Source: Carcharhinus longimanus
Lineage: Eukaryota
NCBI GenBank assembly: GCA_030264375.1
Contig: JASCQW010000137.1
Coordinates: 19,575,462 to 19,639,461, forward strand
DNA: 64,000 nucleotides
Direction: 5' to 3'
How positions within the stretch are numbered: position 1 is the stretch's first letter; every line of letters begins with the position of its first letter. Position numbers and translations under genes: made by a program. This document shows positions 37,575 through 51,400 of this stretch, piece after piece. Under the pieces are notes generated by a model. That model made no database searches. It saw nothing but the letters and a program-made list of their open reading frames with translations, and was not told the DNA's origin.

Positions 37575-37800
37575 ATATCCCTTCCTGCTCAGGTGGATAA
37601 ACAAAATCTTAACCCTGTTTGTAGAGAGATGGGCAATCTGGCCAATATTCTTCTTTCAGCTAAATCACATTACAAAGATTTGCTGGCTATTCATTTAATT
37701 TATCTTTATGCACCAACATAATACATTAAAAATAATTCAATTGTAGAAGCGTTTGAAATGTCTTTCTGATGATGTAGTCGCTGTATAAATGCAAGGTAGT
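37575..37800 (+). mobile_element. DeuSINE fragment
   Basis: ctcaggtggata...ctggccaatatt...gctgtataaatgcaag. Confidence 0.5.
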
Positions 37801-37959
37801 CTGTGTCGTGGGAGGGTCTTGAATGTAACAATGTATGTTAAGTCTTTTGATTTCCACAGCCTGCACCAAACGTGTCAGGGCAAATTGATTACTGACTAGA
37901 GACTACCCCAGGAATTTGTGATTAACTTGAACTTGGAAAAAATGCGATATTGAGTCATT

Positions 37960-39400
37960 TTAGAACCATAGAACATTACAGCACAGAAACAGGCCTTTTG
38001 GCTCTTCTTGGCTGTGCCGAACCATTTTTCTGCCTANNNNNNNNNNNNNNNNNNNNNNNNNNNNNNNNNNNNNNNNNNNNNNNNNNNNNNNNNNNNNNNN
38101 NNNNNNNNNNNNNNNNNNNNNNNNNNNNNNNNNNNNNNNNNNNNNNNNNNNNNNNNNNNNNNNNNNNNNNNNNNNNNNNNNNNNNNNNNNNNNNNNNNNN
38201 NNNNNNNNNNNNNNNNNNNNNNNNNNNNNNNNNNNNNNNNNNNNNNNNNNNNNNNNNNNNNNNNNNNNNNNNNNNNNNNNNNNNNNNNNNNNNNNNNNNN
38301 NNNNNNNNNNNNNNNNNNNNNNNNNNNNNNNNNNNNNNNNNNNNNNNNNNNNNNNNNNNNNNNNNNNNNNNNNNNNNNNNNNNNNNNNNNNNNNNNNNNN
38401 NNNNNNNNNNNNNNNNNNNNNNNNNNNNNNNNNNNNNNNNNNNNNNNNNNNNNNNNNNNNNNNNNNNNNNNNNNNNNNNNNNNNNNNNNNNNNNNNNNNN
38501 NNNNNNNNNNNNNNNNNNNNNNNNNNNNNNNNNNNNNNNNNNNNNNNNNNNNNNNNNNNNNNNNNNNNNNNNNNNNNNNNNNNNNNNNNNNNNNNNNNNN
38601 NNNNNNNNNNNNNNNNNNNNNNNNNNNNNNNNNNNNNNNNNNNNNNNNNNNNNNNNNNNNNNNNNNNNNNNNNNNNNNNNNNNNNNNNNNNNNNNNNNNN
38701 NNNNNNNNNNNNNNNNNNNNNNNNNNNNNNNNNNNNNNNNNNNNNNNNNNNNNNNNNNNNNNNNNNNNNNNNNNNNNNNNNNNNNNNNNNNNNNNNNNNN
38801 NNNNNNNNNNNNNNNNNNNNNNNNNNNNNNNNNNNNNNNNNNNNNNNNNNNNNNNNNNNNNNNNNNNNNNNNNNNNNNNNNNNNNNNTTGATATAGATGA
38901 CAAACAACAATGGACCCAGCACTGATCCCTGTGGCACACCACTAGTCACAGGCCTCCACTCAGAAGCGATCCTTCACTACCGCTCTCTGGTTTCTTTCAT
39001 TTGAGCCAGTGTCTAACCCAATTTACTACCTTTCCATGTATACCTAGTGACTGAACCTTCCTAACTAACCTCCCATGCGGTACCTTGTCAAAGGCCGTAT
39101 TGAAGTCCATGTAGACAATATCCACTGCCTTCCCTTCATCCACTTTCCTCCTTACCTCGAAAAACTCTAATAGATTGGCTAAACATGACCTACCAAGCAC
39201 AAAGCCATGTTGACCCTCCCTAATAAATCCCTGTCCATCCAAATATTTGTAGATCTTATCTCTTAGTACTCCTTCCAATAATTTACCTACTACTGACGTG
39301 AAACTTACCGGCCTATAATTTCCCAGATTACTTTTTGAGCCTTTTTTAAACAACAGAACAACGTGCGCTATCCTCCAATCATCCGACACATCAACCGTAG
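37960..39400 (-). mobile_element. Relatively young CR1 LINE (RT region) spanning a gap
   Basis: TSGVPQGSVLGPLLFVIYI; LFKKGSKSNLGNYRPVSFTSVVGKLLE; MDFNTAFDKVPH. Confidence 0.92.
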
Positions 39401-39876
39401 ATATTTTGCAGAGTATTTTGTGAGGTTTCTCATATTTTTACCTTTTTTGTGTTGACATCTAGGGACTTGAATTGCCGTTTTGATCTCACCTATTATTCCC
39501 TTCTCCCTTTGCAATCCCACTAATTAAGTCTCTCGGCCAGAAATTGTGAAGATAGTGATATATGGTTTCTACGGATACTCCTCAACAATGTTCCTTTTTT
39601 ATTTTGTACAGACTAAAATTTAAAAACTTGCTACCTTCAAATCTTTTTCTGTGGCTGCACAAACATGGTCAGTTAAAAGGAAATACTAGTGAGAGGTCTG
39701 CACACTTATTCCCAAGTTGCCGCCAGCTATAAAGCTGTGCAGCTTAGAGCAAATGTTGCTCCAAACTTTAAATGCTGTATTGTTCTGATAGGAATGGGTA
39801 CTAATGGGATGATAGCAAGATGAATTTTATTTCAACAGCGAGCTTAGCCTTCACTTCAGACCTTTTGACTGCTATC

Positions 39877-42861
39877 TTTTTTTATTAATTCATGGGACAT
39901 GGATGTCACTGATGAGACCAGCATTTATTGCCCAACCCCAATTGCCCTTAAAAGTAGTTGTGAGCTGCTACATTTACTGCTGCAGTCCATGTGATATGCA
40001 TACAAGCACAGTGCTGTTAGAGAGGGAGTTCCAGGATTTTTACCCAGTGACAATGAAGGAACAGCAATATATTTTCAGGTCAGGATGGTGTATGGGTTAG
40101 CGGGAAAGTTCTAGGCGGTGGTGTTCCCTTGCAAATTTTCCTTTTGGGTGGTAGTGGTTGTGGATTTGAAAAGTGTTGTACAATGAGTCTTGGTGAGTTT
40201 CTGCAGTGCTTCTAGATTGCACAGTGGTGGCAATATGTACATCGGTGGTGGAAAGAGTGAATGTTTCTGGGTGGGATGAAATTAAGTAACTGCTTTGCTC
40301 TAGATAGTGTCAAACTCGAGTGTTGTTGGAGTTGTATTCATCCAGGCAATTGGTGAGCATTCCATGGTAGATGGTAAACAAGAGTTACTTGCTATAAGAT
40401 TCCTAGTTTCTGACTTGTTCTTGTAGCTGTATTTAAATGGCTAGTCCAGTTCAGTTTTGTCAATGGTAACCCCCCCAAGAATGTTGCTAATGGATGTTCA
40501 GCAAAGCTATTGCTATTGAAAATTATGGGGTTTCTGTTGTTGGAGATGGTCCTTGCTTGGTACTTGGCATGTAAATGTTACTTGTCAGCCCAAGCCTGGA
40601 TATTGTCCAGGTCTTCCTGCATTTGGAAATGGACTGCTTCAGTGTCTGAGGGGTCACAAATGATGCTGAACATTGTGCAGTCATCAGCCACCATCCCAAT
40701 TTCGACCTTATGGTAGAAGGAAGACATTGATAGTAAAGCAGCTGAAGATTGAGATTGGGACACTACCCGGAGGAATACCTGCAGTGATGCCCTGGAACTA
40801 TGATTGATCTCCTAACAACCACAGCCATCTTCCTTTTGGCTAGGAATAGCTCTGATCAGTGGAAAATTTCCCCGATTCCCATTGACCTTGTATTGCTAGG
40901 GCTCCTTGATGTTACACTTAGTCAAATGTCAAGGGCCATCACTCATCTTACCTCTGCTGTTCAGCTCTTTTATCCATGTTTGAACTAAAGCTGAAGTGAG
41001 GTCAGGCAGTATCCATGTGAGTGTCAGTGAGCAGGCTGTTGCTCAGTTAAGTACAGCTTGATAGTATTGTTGAATGTCTTCTATCACTTTATTGATGTCA
41101 AGTGTAGGCTTTTGAGGTGGTAATTGGCTGGGTTAGATTTGTCCCATTTTCTGTGTACAGGACATATCTGGGCAATTTTCCATCTTGCTGAGAAGATGCC
41201 AGTGTTGTAGATTTACTGGAACACCTTGGCTTGGTCTGCTGCAAATTCTGGAGCACAAGTGTTCATTACTGTACCAGAATCTTGTCAGGGCTTGTAGCCT
41301 TTTCAGTATCTAGTGCCTTCAGCTGTTTCCTGATATCACAGAGTGAATGGAATTTACTGTAGTCTGGCATTTGTAATTTTGGGGACCTCTGGAGGAGGCT
41401 GGGATAAATCATCCACTTGGCATTTCAGGCTGAAGATTGTTGGAAATGTGTCAGCCTTATCTTTTGCCTTATGTGTTGGCTTTCTCATCATTGTTGGGGA
41501 TATTTGTGGAACCAGTGAGTTGTTTAATTGTCCACCACCATTCATGCCTGGATTTGATAGGACTGTAGAGCTTAAATCTAATGCTTGCTGCTTGTGCGGT
41601 TTGGCACGCTTGCTGCTTATAATCTGTGGCGTAGGTTCTCCAGGTTGACATTTCATTATTATGTATGCCTGGTGGTGCTGCTGCTGCTGACATGTTCAGC
41701 GCAGAGTGCAAGAGACCCAGGGTTGATCCCCAGCTTGGTGGTAAAGGTAGAGTAGTGGATATGAAGATAAGATTATGGTTGTGTATAATTCTGCGGCTGT
41801 TAATGGCCCACATAACCTCTGTTCAGTCTTGAATTGCTTGATCTATTATAAATCTATCCCATTTAGCACAGTAATAGTGGTACACAACAGGAAGGGTCTT
41901 GTCAATGTAAAGATGGGACTTTATTTCCACAAGGACTGTGTGGTGGTCACTCCTGGCCATACTGTCATGGACAGATGCATTCAAGTTGGTGAGGATGAGG
42001 TCAAGTACGTTTTCCTTTATTGATTCCTTCAGCTGCAGTTGTGTCCTTTTGGACTTGGCCAGCTCAGTCTGTAATGGTGCTGCCGAGCCACTCTTGGTGC
42101 TGGACATTAAAGTCCTTCACCCAGAGTGCATTCTGCACCTTTGTCACCCTCAGTGTTTCCCCCTCAAATGATGCTCAACATAGAGAAGTACTGATTCATC
42201 AGTTGAGAGGTAGTTTGTGGTAATTAGTAGGAGGTTTCCTTGCCCATGTTGGAGCTGATGCCATGAGACCTCATGGGCTCTGAAATCGATGTTGACGACT
42301 CCATGGTAACTCCCTTCTGATTGTATACCACAGTCCCATCACTTCTGATGGCTGTTTCTGGCTAATGGAACAGGATGTATCCAGGGATGGTGATTGTGAT
42401 GTTTGGGGCATTAAATATGATTCTGTGTATCAGGTTGTTGTAAACTGTGCACCAGCTCTCCCAATTCAGCACGTTCGTTAGCAAAGAGGTGTTTGCAGGG
42501 TTGATAGGGCTGAGTTTGCTCTTGTTTCCAGTGCTGAGGTCAATGCTGGGTGGTACATTTGCATTCCTTCCTTATTTGGTTTCCTTCCAGTGCTTTGATG
42601 AACTGAATGGCTTGTTAGGCCATTTCAGAGAGCATTTAAGAGTCATCTACAGTGTGCTAAAGTCTGGAGTGACGTGTAGACCAAACCAAGTAAGGATGAT
42701 TTTCTTCCCTGAAGTGAAACAGGTAGATTTTTATTACAATAGTTCCATTTCAGATTTTTATTGATTGAATTCAAATTCCACCATCTGCTGTGGTGGGATT
42801 TGAATCCGGGCCCCCAGAGCACTACGAGTCCAGTGACAATACCACAACACCTACTTCTGCC
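39877..42861 (-). mobile_element. Decayed CR1-group LINE (EN+RT) with a tRNA-like 5' head
   Basis: Endonuclease motifs TITIPGYIL, HEVSWHQ, NVLDLILTN, SDHHTV; RT MVADDCTMF, DLDNIQAWADK; head with B-box-like GGATTCAAATCC. Confidence 0.8.
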
Positions 42862-42889
42862 ATAGTTATGTTTGTTAAAATAATTCTGA

Positions 42890-43036
<147 letters not shown>

Positions 43037-43439
43037 TGAGATCAGTTGTGAGCAATCAAGCTCATCTTTTATGTTTGTGCCCCTGCTTGATGTAGTTCTA
43101 AATGTAAATATGGATGGAGTCAAAATGAAGATAGTTATGATTTTTAGGTTTTTCTCCGGACCAGCCCATGTTCAAAGGGATTCTTCTCATCAACCTTTAT
43201 CCACCCCAAGGTTTCGCCTCTATCCCAAGTTCTGCAGAGTGATACAATAGCTTAGTATTTTTCCCAGTTCTGTTCCTTACTGGGTACCTTCAAAATTGTG
43301 TAGCACCCTTTATCTTGGAATGTTTACTCAAAATAACTTTCAGATAACTCAAAGCACAACAGAAATAATAAATCAGGAAGAAGGAAGGATACAGGGATAC
43401 ATTTGAAAGAAAGTAACATTGATACACTTTAGTTATGAC

Positions 43440-44765
43440 TAGGAAGGGTGAAGTAGATAACAATCATTGGAATTAGGCCCTTTTCTATTTGTGCTGGCAC
43501 TCCAGTAGCATTCTAGCTCAATCCCACTTTCCAGCTCTTGGTTGGTTGCCATGAAGGTTGCCATGAAGCACTTTGAGTGCTTATCCAACTACCACTTAGC
43601 TGTAATGAGGGTTTCTATTATTTCAGGTTCAGGAGTAGCAGATCCTCTCCACCCTCTGGGTGAAAGTATTTTTCCCTCAAATCCCCTCTAAACTTTCCTA
43701 TATCTTAACTGCAAGGCATTTAGATCATAGAATCCTCCAGTGCAGAGGGAGGCCATTCAGCCCATCAAGTCTGCACCAACCACAATCCCTTTCCCTATAA
43801 CCCCATGCATTTAGTTAGTTCTCCTGACACTAAGGGGCAATTTAGCATGGCCAGTCCATCTAACCTGCACATCTTTGGACTGTGGAAGGAAACCAGAGCA
43901 CCCAAAGGAAACCCACGCAGACACGAAGAATGCAGACTCCACACAAACAGTAACTTGAGTTGGGAATTGAACCCAGGGCCCTACTGCTGCGAGGCAGCAG
44001 CGCTAACCACTTTGCTACCGTGCTGCTTGTTTATGATATGGACCCCTGGGGGTAATAGGACCACCTTATCGTTTCTATCTCCATCCTGTCTAATTTTATA
44101 CACTTCGATTAGTCTTCTGCTTCAAGAATAACAACCCTAGCCTGACCCACTCTTTCGTCACAACTAAAATTCTTCTGTTTAGGCATACTCCATAAATCTC
44201 CTCAAGACGCTCTCTGATGCAATCCGCTATCTTTCCTGTAGTGCAGTTCTCTAGCTGCGGCTTCCCAACTTACATTCTGTCTTTTTTTTTCAATAAAGAC
44301 AAGTATCCTGAATGCTTTTGTGAACAACTTATCTAACTGTTTCACCACCTTCAGAAATCTGTGTGCATGCACTCCAAATCCTCTGTTCTTCTACACCTCC
44401 TGGTATCCACCCATTTATTGTGGGTTTGCTCATCTTGCAAGCCTTCCCCAAAAGCATTATCTCCTACTTCTCAGATTGAACACCGTTGGTCCACCTGGTC
44501 CACTCACCAGGCTAGTCCATTGATATCATCTTGCATATTGAAGCTTTCTTTATCATGCACATAGCTAGTTTTTGTATCATCTACAAACTTGTAAGTCAAA
44601 ATCATTGATTAATGTCACAAAAATTAAGGGGCCTAGTAACAAGCCATGTGGAATCCCACAGGAAACAGCTGTCCAGTCACAAAAACCCCCATTAACCATT
44701 GATCTTTTCGACTTCCTTTGAGCCAGTTTTGGATCCAACTTGCCGATTTTCCTTGGATCCCATAA
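43440..44765 (-). mobile_element. Decayed CR1 fragment with a nested SINE
   Basis: CDWTAVSCGIPHGLLLGPLIF on the minus strand. Confidence 0.7.
43722..44026 (-). mobile_element. HE1 V-SINE with a CR1-type tail
   Basis: tRNA head and V core, plus atcatagaatcctccagtgcagagggaggccattcagcccatc tail. Confidence 0.85.
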
Positions 44766-44941
44766 AAGTAGGAGGAATTGAGGTGTGTAACAACCAGTCA
44801 TTGGGAAGAAAAAACGTAACCACTTGCGGAGGTGCAAATGATAAAATGAATTGCGTTACGGGAGCCAGTGAGGGGCAGCTATAGCCAAAAAGGATGCAAA
44901 GGCTTTAATAAAGGAGTAGACGAGATTTATTAAAAGGTAGC

Positions 44942-45071
44942 ATAAAAGCAAACTACTGCAGATGCTGGAAATCTGAAATAAAAACAAAATGCTGTATAAA
45001 CTCAGTAGGTTTGGCAGCATCTGTGAAGCGAGAAACAATTAAATTTTGACTCCATATGACCCTTCTACAGA
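44942..45071 (-). mobile_element. Penelope-like repeat fragment
   Basis: aaaagcaaactactgcagatgctggaaatctgaaataaaaac...tgacccttc. Confidence 0.65.
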
Positions 45072-45089
45072 CCCATTTTTATTAAAATC

Positions 45090-45500
45090 AGTACCTGGGA
45101 GGAAAAATCTCAAGTGGAGAAACTGGGTTGTCCTCCTTGGAACAGGGAAGGAAAGGGGGAGGTTTGTTAAAGGGTGTTCAAAATCTTGAAGGGTGGACTT
45201 GGTAATGTAAATAAACTGTTTCCGGTGGTAGGAGGGTCAGCAACCAGCAGGTGTGGATTTAAGAAAATTTACAAATTTAATTATGCAGGGAGTTGTTGAA
45301 CTCTGGAATTCACCGCATGAAAGGGAGATGGAAGCAAATGCAATCATTTTCAAAAGGAAATTGGATATGTATTTGCATGGAAAGTTTTCAAGCCTGAGTA
45401 CTGAGGGGGGAATGTAGGACCACTGGATAGACTTTTCAATGATCTGGCATAGATGGGCATGACGAATTGAATAGCCTCCTGTGATGTGTCACATTGATTC
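45090..45500 (+). mobile_element. CR1 3' fragment
   Basis: aactgggttgtcctccttgga ... gaattgaatagcctcct. Confidence 0.55.
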
Positions 45501-45818
45501 TCTTGAAAACCAGTGGGTGCCTTGAAAGGGGAAATGTATTTGTGGGTGGGAGAAAGCAGCTATTTAATTTCTTGTTCAGTGGATGAAGTGGTTTGAAAGT
45601 CAGAAATTTACTTTGAACTTTCCAGCCCAAACTTTTATTTCATGCTAAGAGTATTTCAAACTTGGTTGCTGTGAGGAGTGGGATGAGGCAGTGTTGAGGG
45701 TAGATAACTTGCTTTGGGGACGGGGAAGGAAGTTTTTTTAATCCTTAAAATAGATCTGAATTGTCATTGGGGTGTTATACTACAAAGTGGTTTTGACGGA
45801 GTTTCTCTGTTCCTGTAG

Positions 45819-45865
45819 GTGATGAAGGGGATAACTTCTACGTCATTGATCAAGGAGAGATGGAT
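45819..45865 (+). CDS. PRKAR1A: PKA RI-alpha coding exon 5
   Basis: DEGDNFYVIDQGEMD; 47 nt; donor GTAAGT. Confidence 0.97.
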
Positions 45866-46872
45866 GTAAGTTTGCAGGCTGCCCAATGACTCGGCATAAT
45901 ACAGTAGAGCCTATTTTTAAAATCTGAAACTACGGTTTCAAAATGAGCGTACAGAGGTACATCCATTGCATTGCATTATTGTTTTCTTCTTGGATGGATT
46001 TCTTCAATTTGGAGATGGACTTGTTGATATACAATAAATCTGGTGTCAAATTATTAACCGTACCAAAATGGTGGCATACAGGTGCAAAAATGTGTAAACT
46101 AATTGCTTATAAATATGACTTTGTGCTGTAGTCACATACAATTTCAGCAGCAACACATTGACAGAATAGCAGCTATGCTTTTTAGACAGTTAAGCATGAA
46201 AGATTGAAAATGTATTTTCCCCGCCCTAAAAGTATTCCTGTTGGTAAATAGTTTGTTTCTGGCTGAATGAAATGCTTGAGATGTATGAAACAGTGATCAA
46301 ATGTTGATGACAGTGATTCCCCCTTTTACAGAAGCATTCAGGATTTTCTGGGAAGTTGCTATGAGTCACTCATGTCACTTGATCACAAGTGTGATATAAG
46401 TGGTACAGCTGAGTATGTTACCATTATGGAGACTTTTATTATAGGTAGCATCTCTATTGCTTTGGTAACAATTATGTTTCTAGATTGCCAGTGTAAGTCA
46501 TAGATTAGGTACCATGATGATATCTAGTAAAATCCAGTTAGTTTTTTTTAAAAAAAGTGCCACTTCCTGCCATTCCAGCTTTATAAAAATAGACTGTGTA
46601 ATACTTTTCAGCAAGCTAGTTGGATGTTCAGATTTTTAAAAATGTAATTTTTCTCAATAGCAGTAGAACTTATGAAATGAGCTGAATTAATAATGGTGTT
46701 ATCAGGTTATTCCTTCTAAAATGTTTCCAGTAGAACTGAACAGGTTAATTCCATTTGTCTTTTGATATTGACACACTGCCTCATAACTGGTTTTTGAGAA
46801 GTTGAACTTCAGTATTGACAGTTGAAACTAATTTTAATTTGATTATTGTTTTGCTGCATCCTTTTGTTTTAG

Positions 46873-47085
<213 letters not shown>

Positions 47086-47559
47086 TGAATTGAATTATGT
47101 TAGGCTTTTATTGTCTTTTTTTAGTCAACACGTTTGTCACTGGAGTTTGTTAGTTGCAATAAAACCAAACAAATACTCCCTTTGTAATTCTTTCTGCACT
47201 CTATATATGTATGCATCCACCCCAAATGAAAAATCATTGATATTTACAGTGCAGAAAGGGGCTATTTGATCCAGTGTTGGCTTTTGGCTGGAGGAATCCA
47301 AAATTAATCATATAATTATCCTGTATTTTGCTCTGCTTCAAAACGTAGCCTATTTTCCCCTTTAAAGATGTAATGTTTTTGCACCAGTTCCCTGTGGCAA
47401 AACATGTAAATAAATGTCAACACCCTTCATACTGTATTTTCTTGACACCTTGTCTTGTGATTGTCCAATTGGAGGTAGTAGTATTTTCTTATTCACATTA
47501 TCAAAACCCATTATTTTACAACTCTGAAAAATTTTCAGGTTTCAATGATTGCTTCTGTC

Positions 47560-48400
47560 AATCTGGCAAAGTGGAACACAGGAACTACTGGGAAATCTCC
47601 TTATTCTCCATCTAGCCACCTTCTCCCAGTCTCTGAACTAATCCTTCCATAAAGCCAGTTATTTCTGAAAGCATTTTGACCAAACCATGAAATAGTGGAT
47701 GTGATTTTCACTGCTCAACAACGTCAAGAGAAATACCAAGAGTAACATCAACTACTCTACATAGCCTTCACCCATACATGACCTTCGTTATTCTGACAAG
47801 GTTTTTGAATCAATTAATTGAGAAGTGCATTGGAAGATATTGTCAAAGGCTGGCTGCCCAAAGAAATTCATAACATCCTCAGACACCTTTATGACAAGAT
47901 ATCAGTGACAGCCCTCACCAATGGAAATGAGACAAGAAATCTTTTGTGACCAAGATTGGAGTCGAGCAGGGAAGTGTCATTGCCCTCACCCTTTTCTCCA
48001 TCTTCAATTGCTACTACCCTTCACCTTTTCTAGAACAAGCTTCTCAGTGCAGTGAATATGGTCTACAGGATAGAGGAAAACGTTTCAACCTCAACCAGTT
48101 GAAAATCAAGAAGAAAATGACTCTGCTATTGCCCGTGGAACTTCAGTTTGCAGATGACATTGAGGAATGCAACATAGACATTAACACCTGGGAGACTGTT
48201 GCTCAGAAGAGACCTACTTGGAGGAACCTCCTGACTGAGGGGGGAACAATTCTTCTAGCACTGCTGACCACAAGACACAGCCCAGTAGTGGACATGAGAA
48301 AGGAATACCTGAGTGTTCACCTGGCAACACCTGCATGGTCAGAGATGCAATTTAGCAGCTGCACAAGGGCCCACAGGACCCATGATCAGTAACACTGAGT
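47560..48400 (+). mobile_element. RTE-clade LINE remnant
   Basis: GVEQGSVIALTLFSIF, ELQFADD, IDINTWETVAQKRPTWRNL. Confidence 0.7.
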
Positions 48401-48521
48401 TTCTTAGGTGGACAATCAATAATTGTTAGCAAGTGATTGCAGAAGGAGGAAGAGTGAAGAGAGTGCTTGTTCACAGCTAATTTCCACTTGTCACACCCTA
48501 CTATGCAGGGAGTGCACCTTT

Positions 48522-48735
48522 TATCATAGAATCATACTCCTTCTGCATTGCAGGAATTCTATGCACCACTCTCCCAACAGAAGATTCTATCCAGGCCCTA
48601 TCCNNNNNNCACCTGGAGGAAACCCACATAGGTACAGGGAGAATGAAACTCCACGCGGCCCCCTAAAGCTGGAATTGAATTTGGGTTCCTTGCTCTGTGA
48701 GGCAGCCATGCTAGCTACTGTCCCATTGTGCTGCC
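48522..48735 (-). mobile_element. HE1-like SINE
   Basis: cacctggaggaaacccacataggtacagggagaa and a tRNA-like head. Confidence 0.65.
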
Positions 48736-49336
48736 TCGTCTTTTTAATGTGTTTCCTATTTCCCAATGTTCTTGTGCTGAAGACCAAACCATGTTCTTAT
48801 GTTGCATTTAAGGTCTTAAAAAAAAACTTCAGAATTCACATTTGTGCCAACTTGTACATTAAACTCTTGTGGCCCTATTTATTATGAACCCAGCCATTGT
48901 AAGCTTGTTATGATAGGATTCTAATCTTCCGTTATTGGTGGGATTGTACTGCTTCTTATGTACCTCTCAGTTGTTTAGTTGGAATTGCAGTAAAGTTTGT
49001 CTGTTTCTCTGCTGTCATAATTGCTGCAATTTTGCTATTTCATTTGAAATAATACAAAAATGTGGTGAAATTATCACTTCACCACCTGACTGTCAATTTG
49101 CTTCACCTGAAAACTCTTTTTGTCTTGGCTTCGTGTGTACAACATCACAGTTGACTGCCTAGTATATGCAAAATGTACATGAGTTTGTAGTTGCCCTTTA
49201 AATACAGGTATTCTTTAAGTTATCTTTCCTATATACCAGTTCTGCTAAAGAATTACAATTTTAAATATTTTGAGCAAAATTGCTAAAAAGTGTAGCTGTT
49301 TAAAGTGTTGAATTATTAAAATGTTTACTTTTATAG

Positions 49337-49397
49337 GGAAGTACATTGAGAAAGAGAAAGATGTATGAAGAGTTTCTCAGTAAGGTCTCCATTTTAG
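49337..49397 (+). CDS. PRKAR1A: PKA RI-alpha coding exon 7
   Basis: GSTLRKRKMYEEFLSKVSIL; 61 nt. Confidence 0.97.
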
Positions 49398-49474
49398 GTA
49401 AGCAGAAAATGTATCCTTTGGTCTTCTATGTGCAAAAACTTGACCAGCACCACAGAATTTTAAAGCAGATTGAA

Positions 49475-49810
49475 GTAAGAAGTTGCATTCACATTTGAAA
49501 TAGTCCCAAAGTTCTTCAATCCATTTGCACACAGCAGTGTGGTACAAATAAGACTGAGATGTATGATTAGTTAATCTGTATTGATTGAATTCTTGGCTTG
49601 CACAAACTTGAATACTCCTGTTTGGAAAAAAGTGCCATGAGTTATTTTCCGCCGATCTTAACGGATAAGCAAGTACTCAGTTTAACATCTCATCTTACTA
49701 AAATACCTGTCCTGCTGCTTCTGTCATGGAACTGTACTGAATTTTTATTTTATCCCCACTGTGGATCGCTCTGTCTCTAAAGTGGGGTGTTCCTACCTAG
49801 AACTGACAAA
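49475..49810 (-). mobile_element. DeuSINE fragment
   Basis: ctcctgtttggaaaaaagtgccatgag...ctcagtttaacatctcatc, antisense Deu core-like. Confidence 0.45.
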
Positions 49811-50033
49811 AAAAACCTGTAAAATTTGCCACGGTGTATAGCCAAATTGTAATAACCGGGCAAAGCAATAACTTGAACAAGACTAGGGTTAATACTGTAC
49901 AGGGAGATTATGACGTCAGCATTTTGCAAGATTTTTGTAAATCTTATAAACCATTATACAAAGGCTTACAGATGAAGAAAAAAGCTTTTAAATTCATTTT
50001 GTTCAAAGTGTAAAGGGAAGTTCTTCCTTTCAG

Positions 50034-50155
50034 AATCTCTGGATAAGTGGGAGCGTTTAACTGTGGCTGATGCTTTGGAGCCAGTACAGTTTGAAGATGG
50101 ACAGAAGATTGTGGTGCAAGGAGAACCTGGCGATGAATTTTTCATTATTTTAGAG
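50034..50155 (+). CDS. PRKAR1A: PKA RI-alpha coding exon 8
   Basis: [40 protein letters not shown]; 122 nt. Confidence 0.97.
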
Positions 50156-50419
50156 GTATGAATAATTAAAATATAGGAAATAACCCATTTGAGAATGAAA
50201 TATTGCATGGACTAGCTGTCTGTTATGCTAGAATATATTTGTATGTCTTGTATGTCTACACTTACATTTATAGCCATTAAAGGAACGTGACCAATAGCAA
50301 TTTATAAATTTTGCTCATCCCAACTTTTTTCTTTTATGAAGATTGATGGATCCTTACACAAGTAATTTTCCTTTCTGCCACTGATTTTATTTTTGGTGCA
50401 TATTGTTTAAATTGTTAGA

Positions 50420-51400
50420 ATATCTAGGGAAAGTTGGAATAATTAAAATTCCAATGATTTCAAACATCAAAGAATTAGCAGAGCACAGATGTCTGAGGAC
50501 TGCAGTACTAGAGGAGGTTCCAGAGATGGGGGATGTTATGGCCATGGAAGGATTTGAAGACACTGAGAATTTTGTAATGGAAATAGTTCAGCCTGCATGG
50601 GTGATGGATGAATGCGACTTAGTGCAAGTTAGGACATGGGCAGAGTTTTGGGTGACCTCGCGTTTACATTGGATAATAAATACATGGGGAGCCAGGTCAG
50701 GAGTGCACTGAAGTAGTCATGCATGAGGATTTCAACAACAGGCAGAGGCAGGGGCGTTGGTGCAGATCTGTGCTCAGGAGCTCATTTTGGATTCAGGTAT
50801 GCCACCAAAGTTGGTTCTGTTTCAGACACCCAACGAGAAGAGGAATAGTGTCAATGGCTAGGAACATGAATTTCTGGTGTCCCACTGAACACTAGGGTTT
50901 ATCCTTTGTAATGTTTAGTTAGAAATGTTTCCCATCCTCTGAATGTTGGGACATCTAATCTGGCAATTTAAAGATGGGATTGGGTTGAAAGAAATGTTGG
51001 TGAGTTAGAACTTTGGTGTTGTAAGATTACATAGGAAAATGTTTTTTCAGATGATGTCACTGAGGGAAAGTATATAAATCAGAAAAAGGAGATAACTGTG
51101 GAAGTGGGAAAAGAAGCCATTGTAGATGAACTTTTGACCATGACTGGATAGATAAAGATGGAACCAGGTATATGTATGTCCACATCCACCCATCTAAATG
51201 ACAGTGACAAGGCTCTGGAGGAAAATGGCCTATGCCAGTGATTACAGACAAGTCAAAAATTGAGGAATATCTTTGTCACAGTCACATCAGCTGTCATTTC
51301 TTACTAAAGCTTGCTCTTTAAAGCTTGGTACTGTGGCAGGGCAAAAACGTAATTCCTGGTGATTTAAACATGGATTCCCAGAAAAATAATTGCGCACAGA
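50420..51400 (-). mobile_element. Old L2-like LINE fragment
   Basis: gacttagtgcaagttaggacatgggcagagttttgg and related antisense L2 motifs. Confidence 0.5.

Noticed and set aside
37950-38949. Long ORFs (302-329 aa) in the track
   Set aside because: Almost entirely N; the flanks are CR1 sequence
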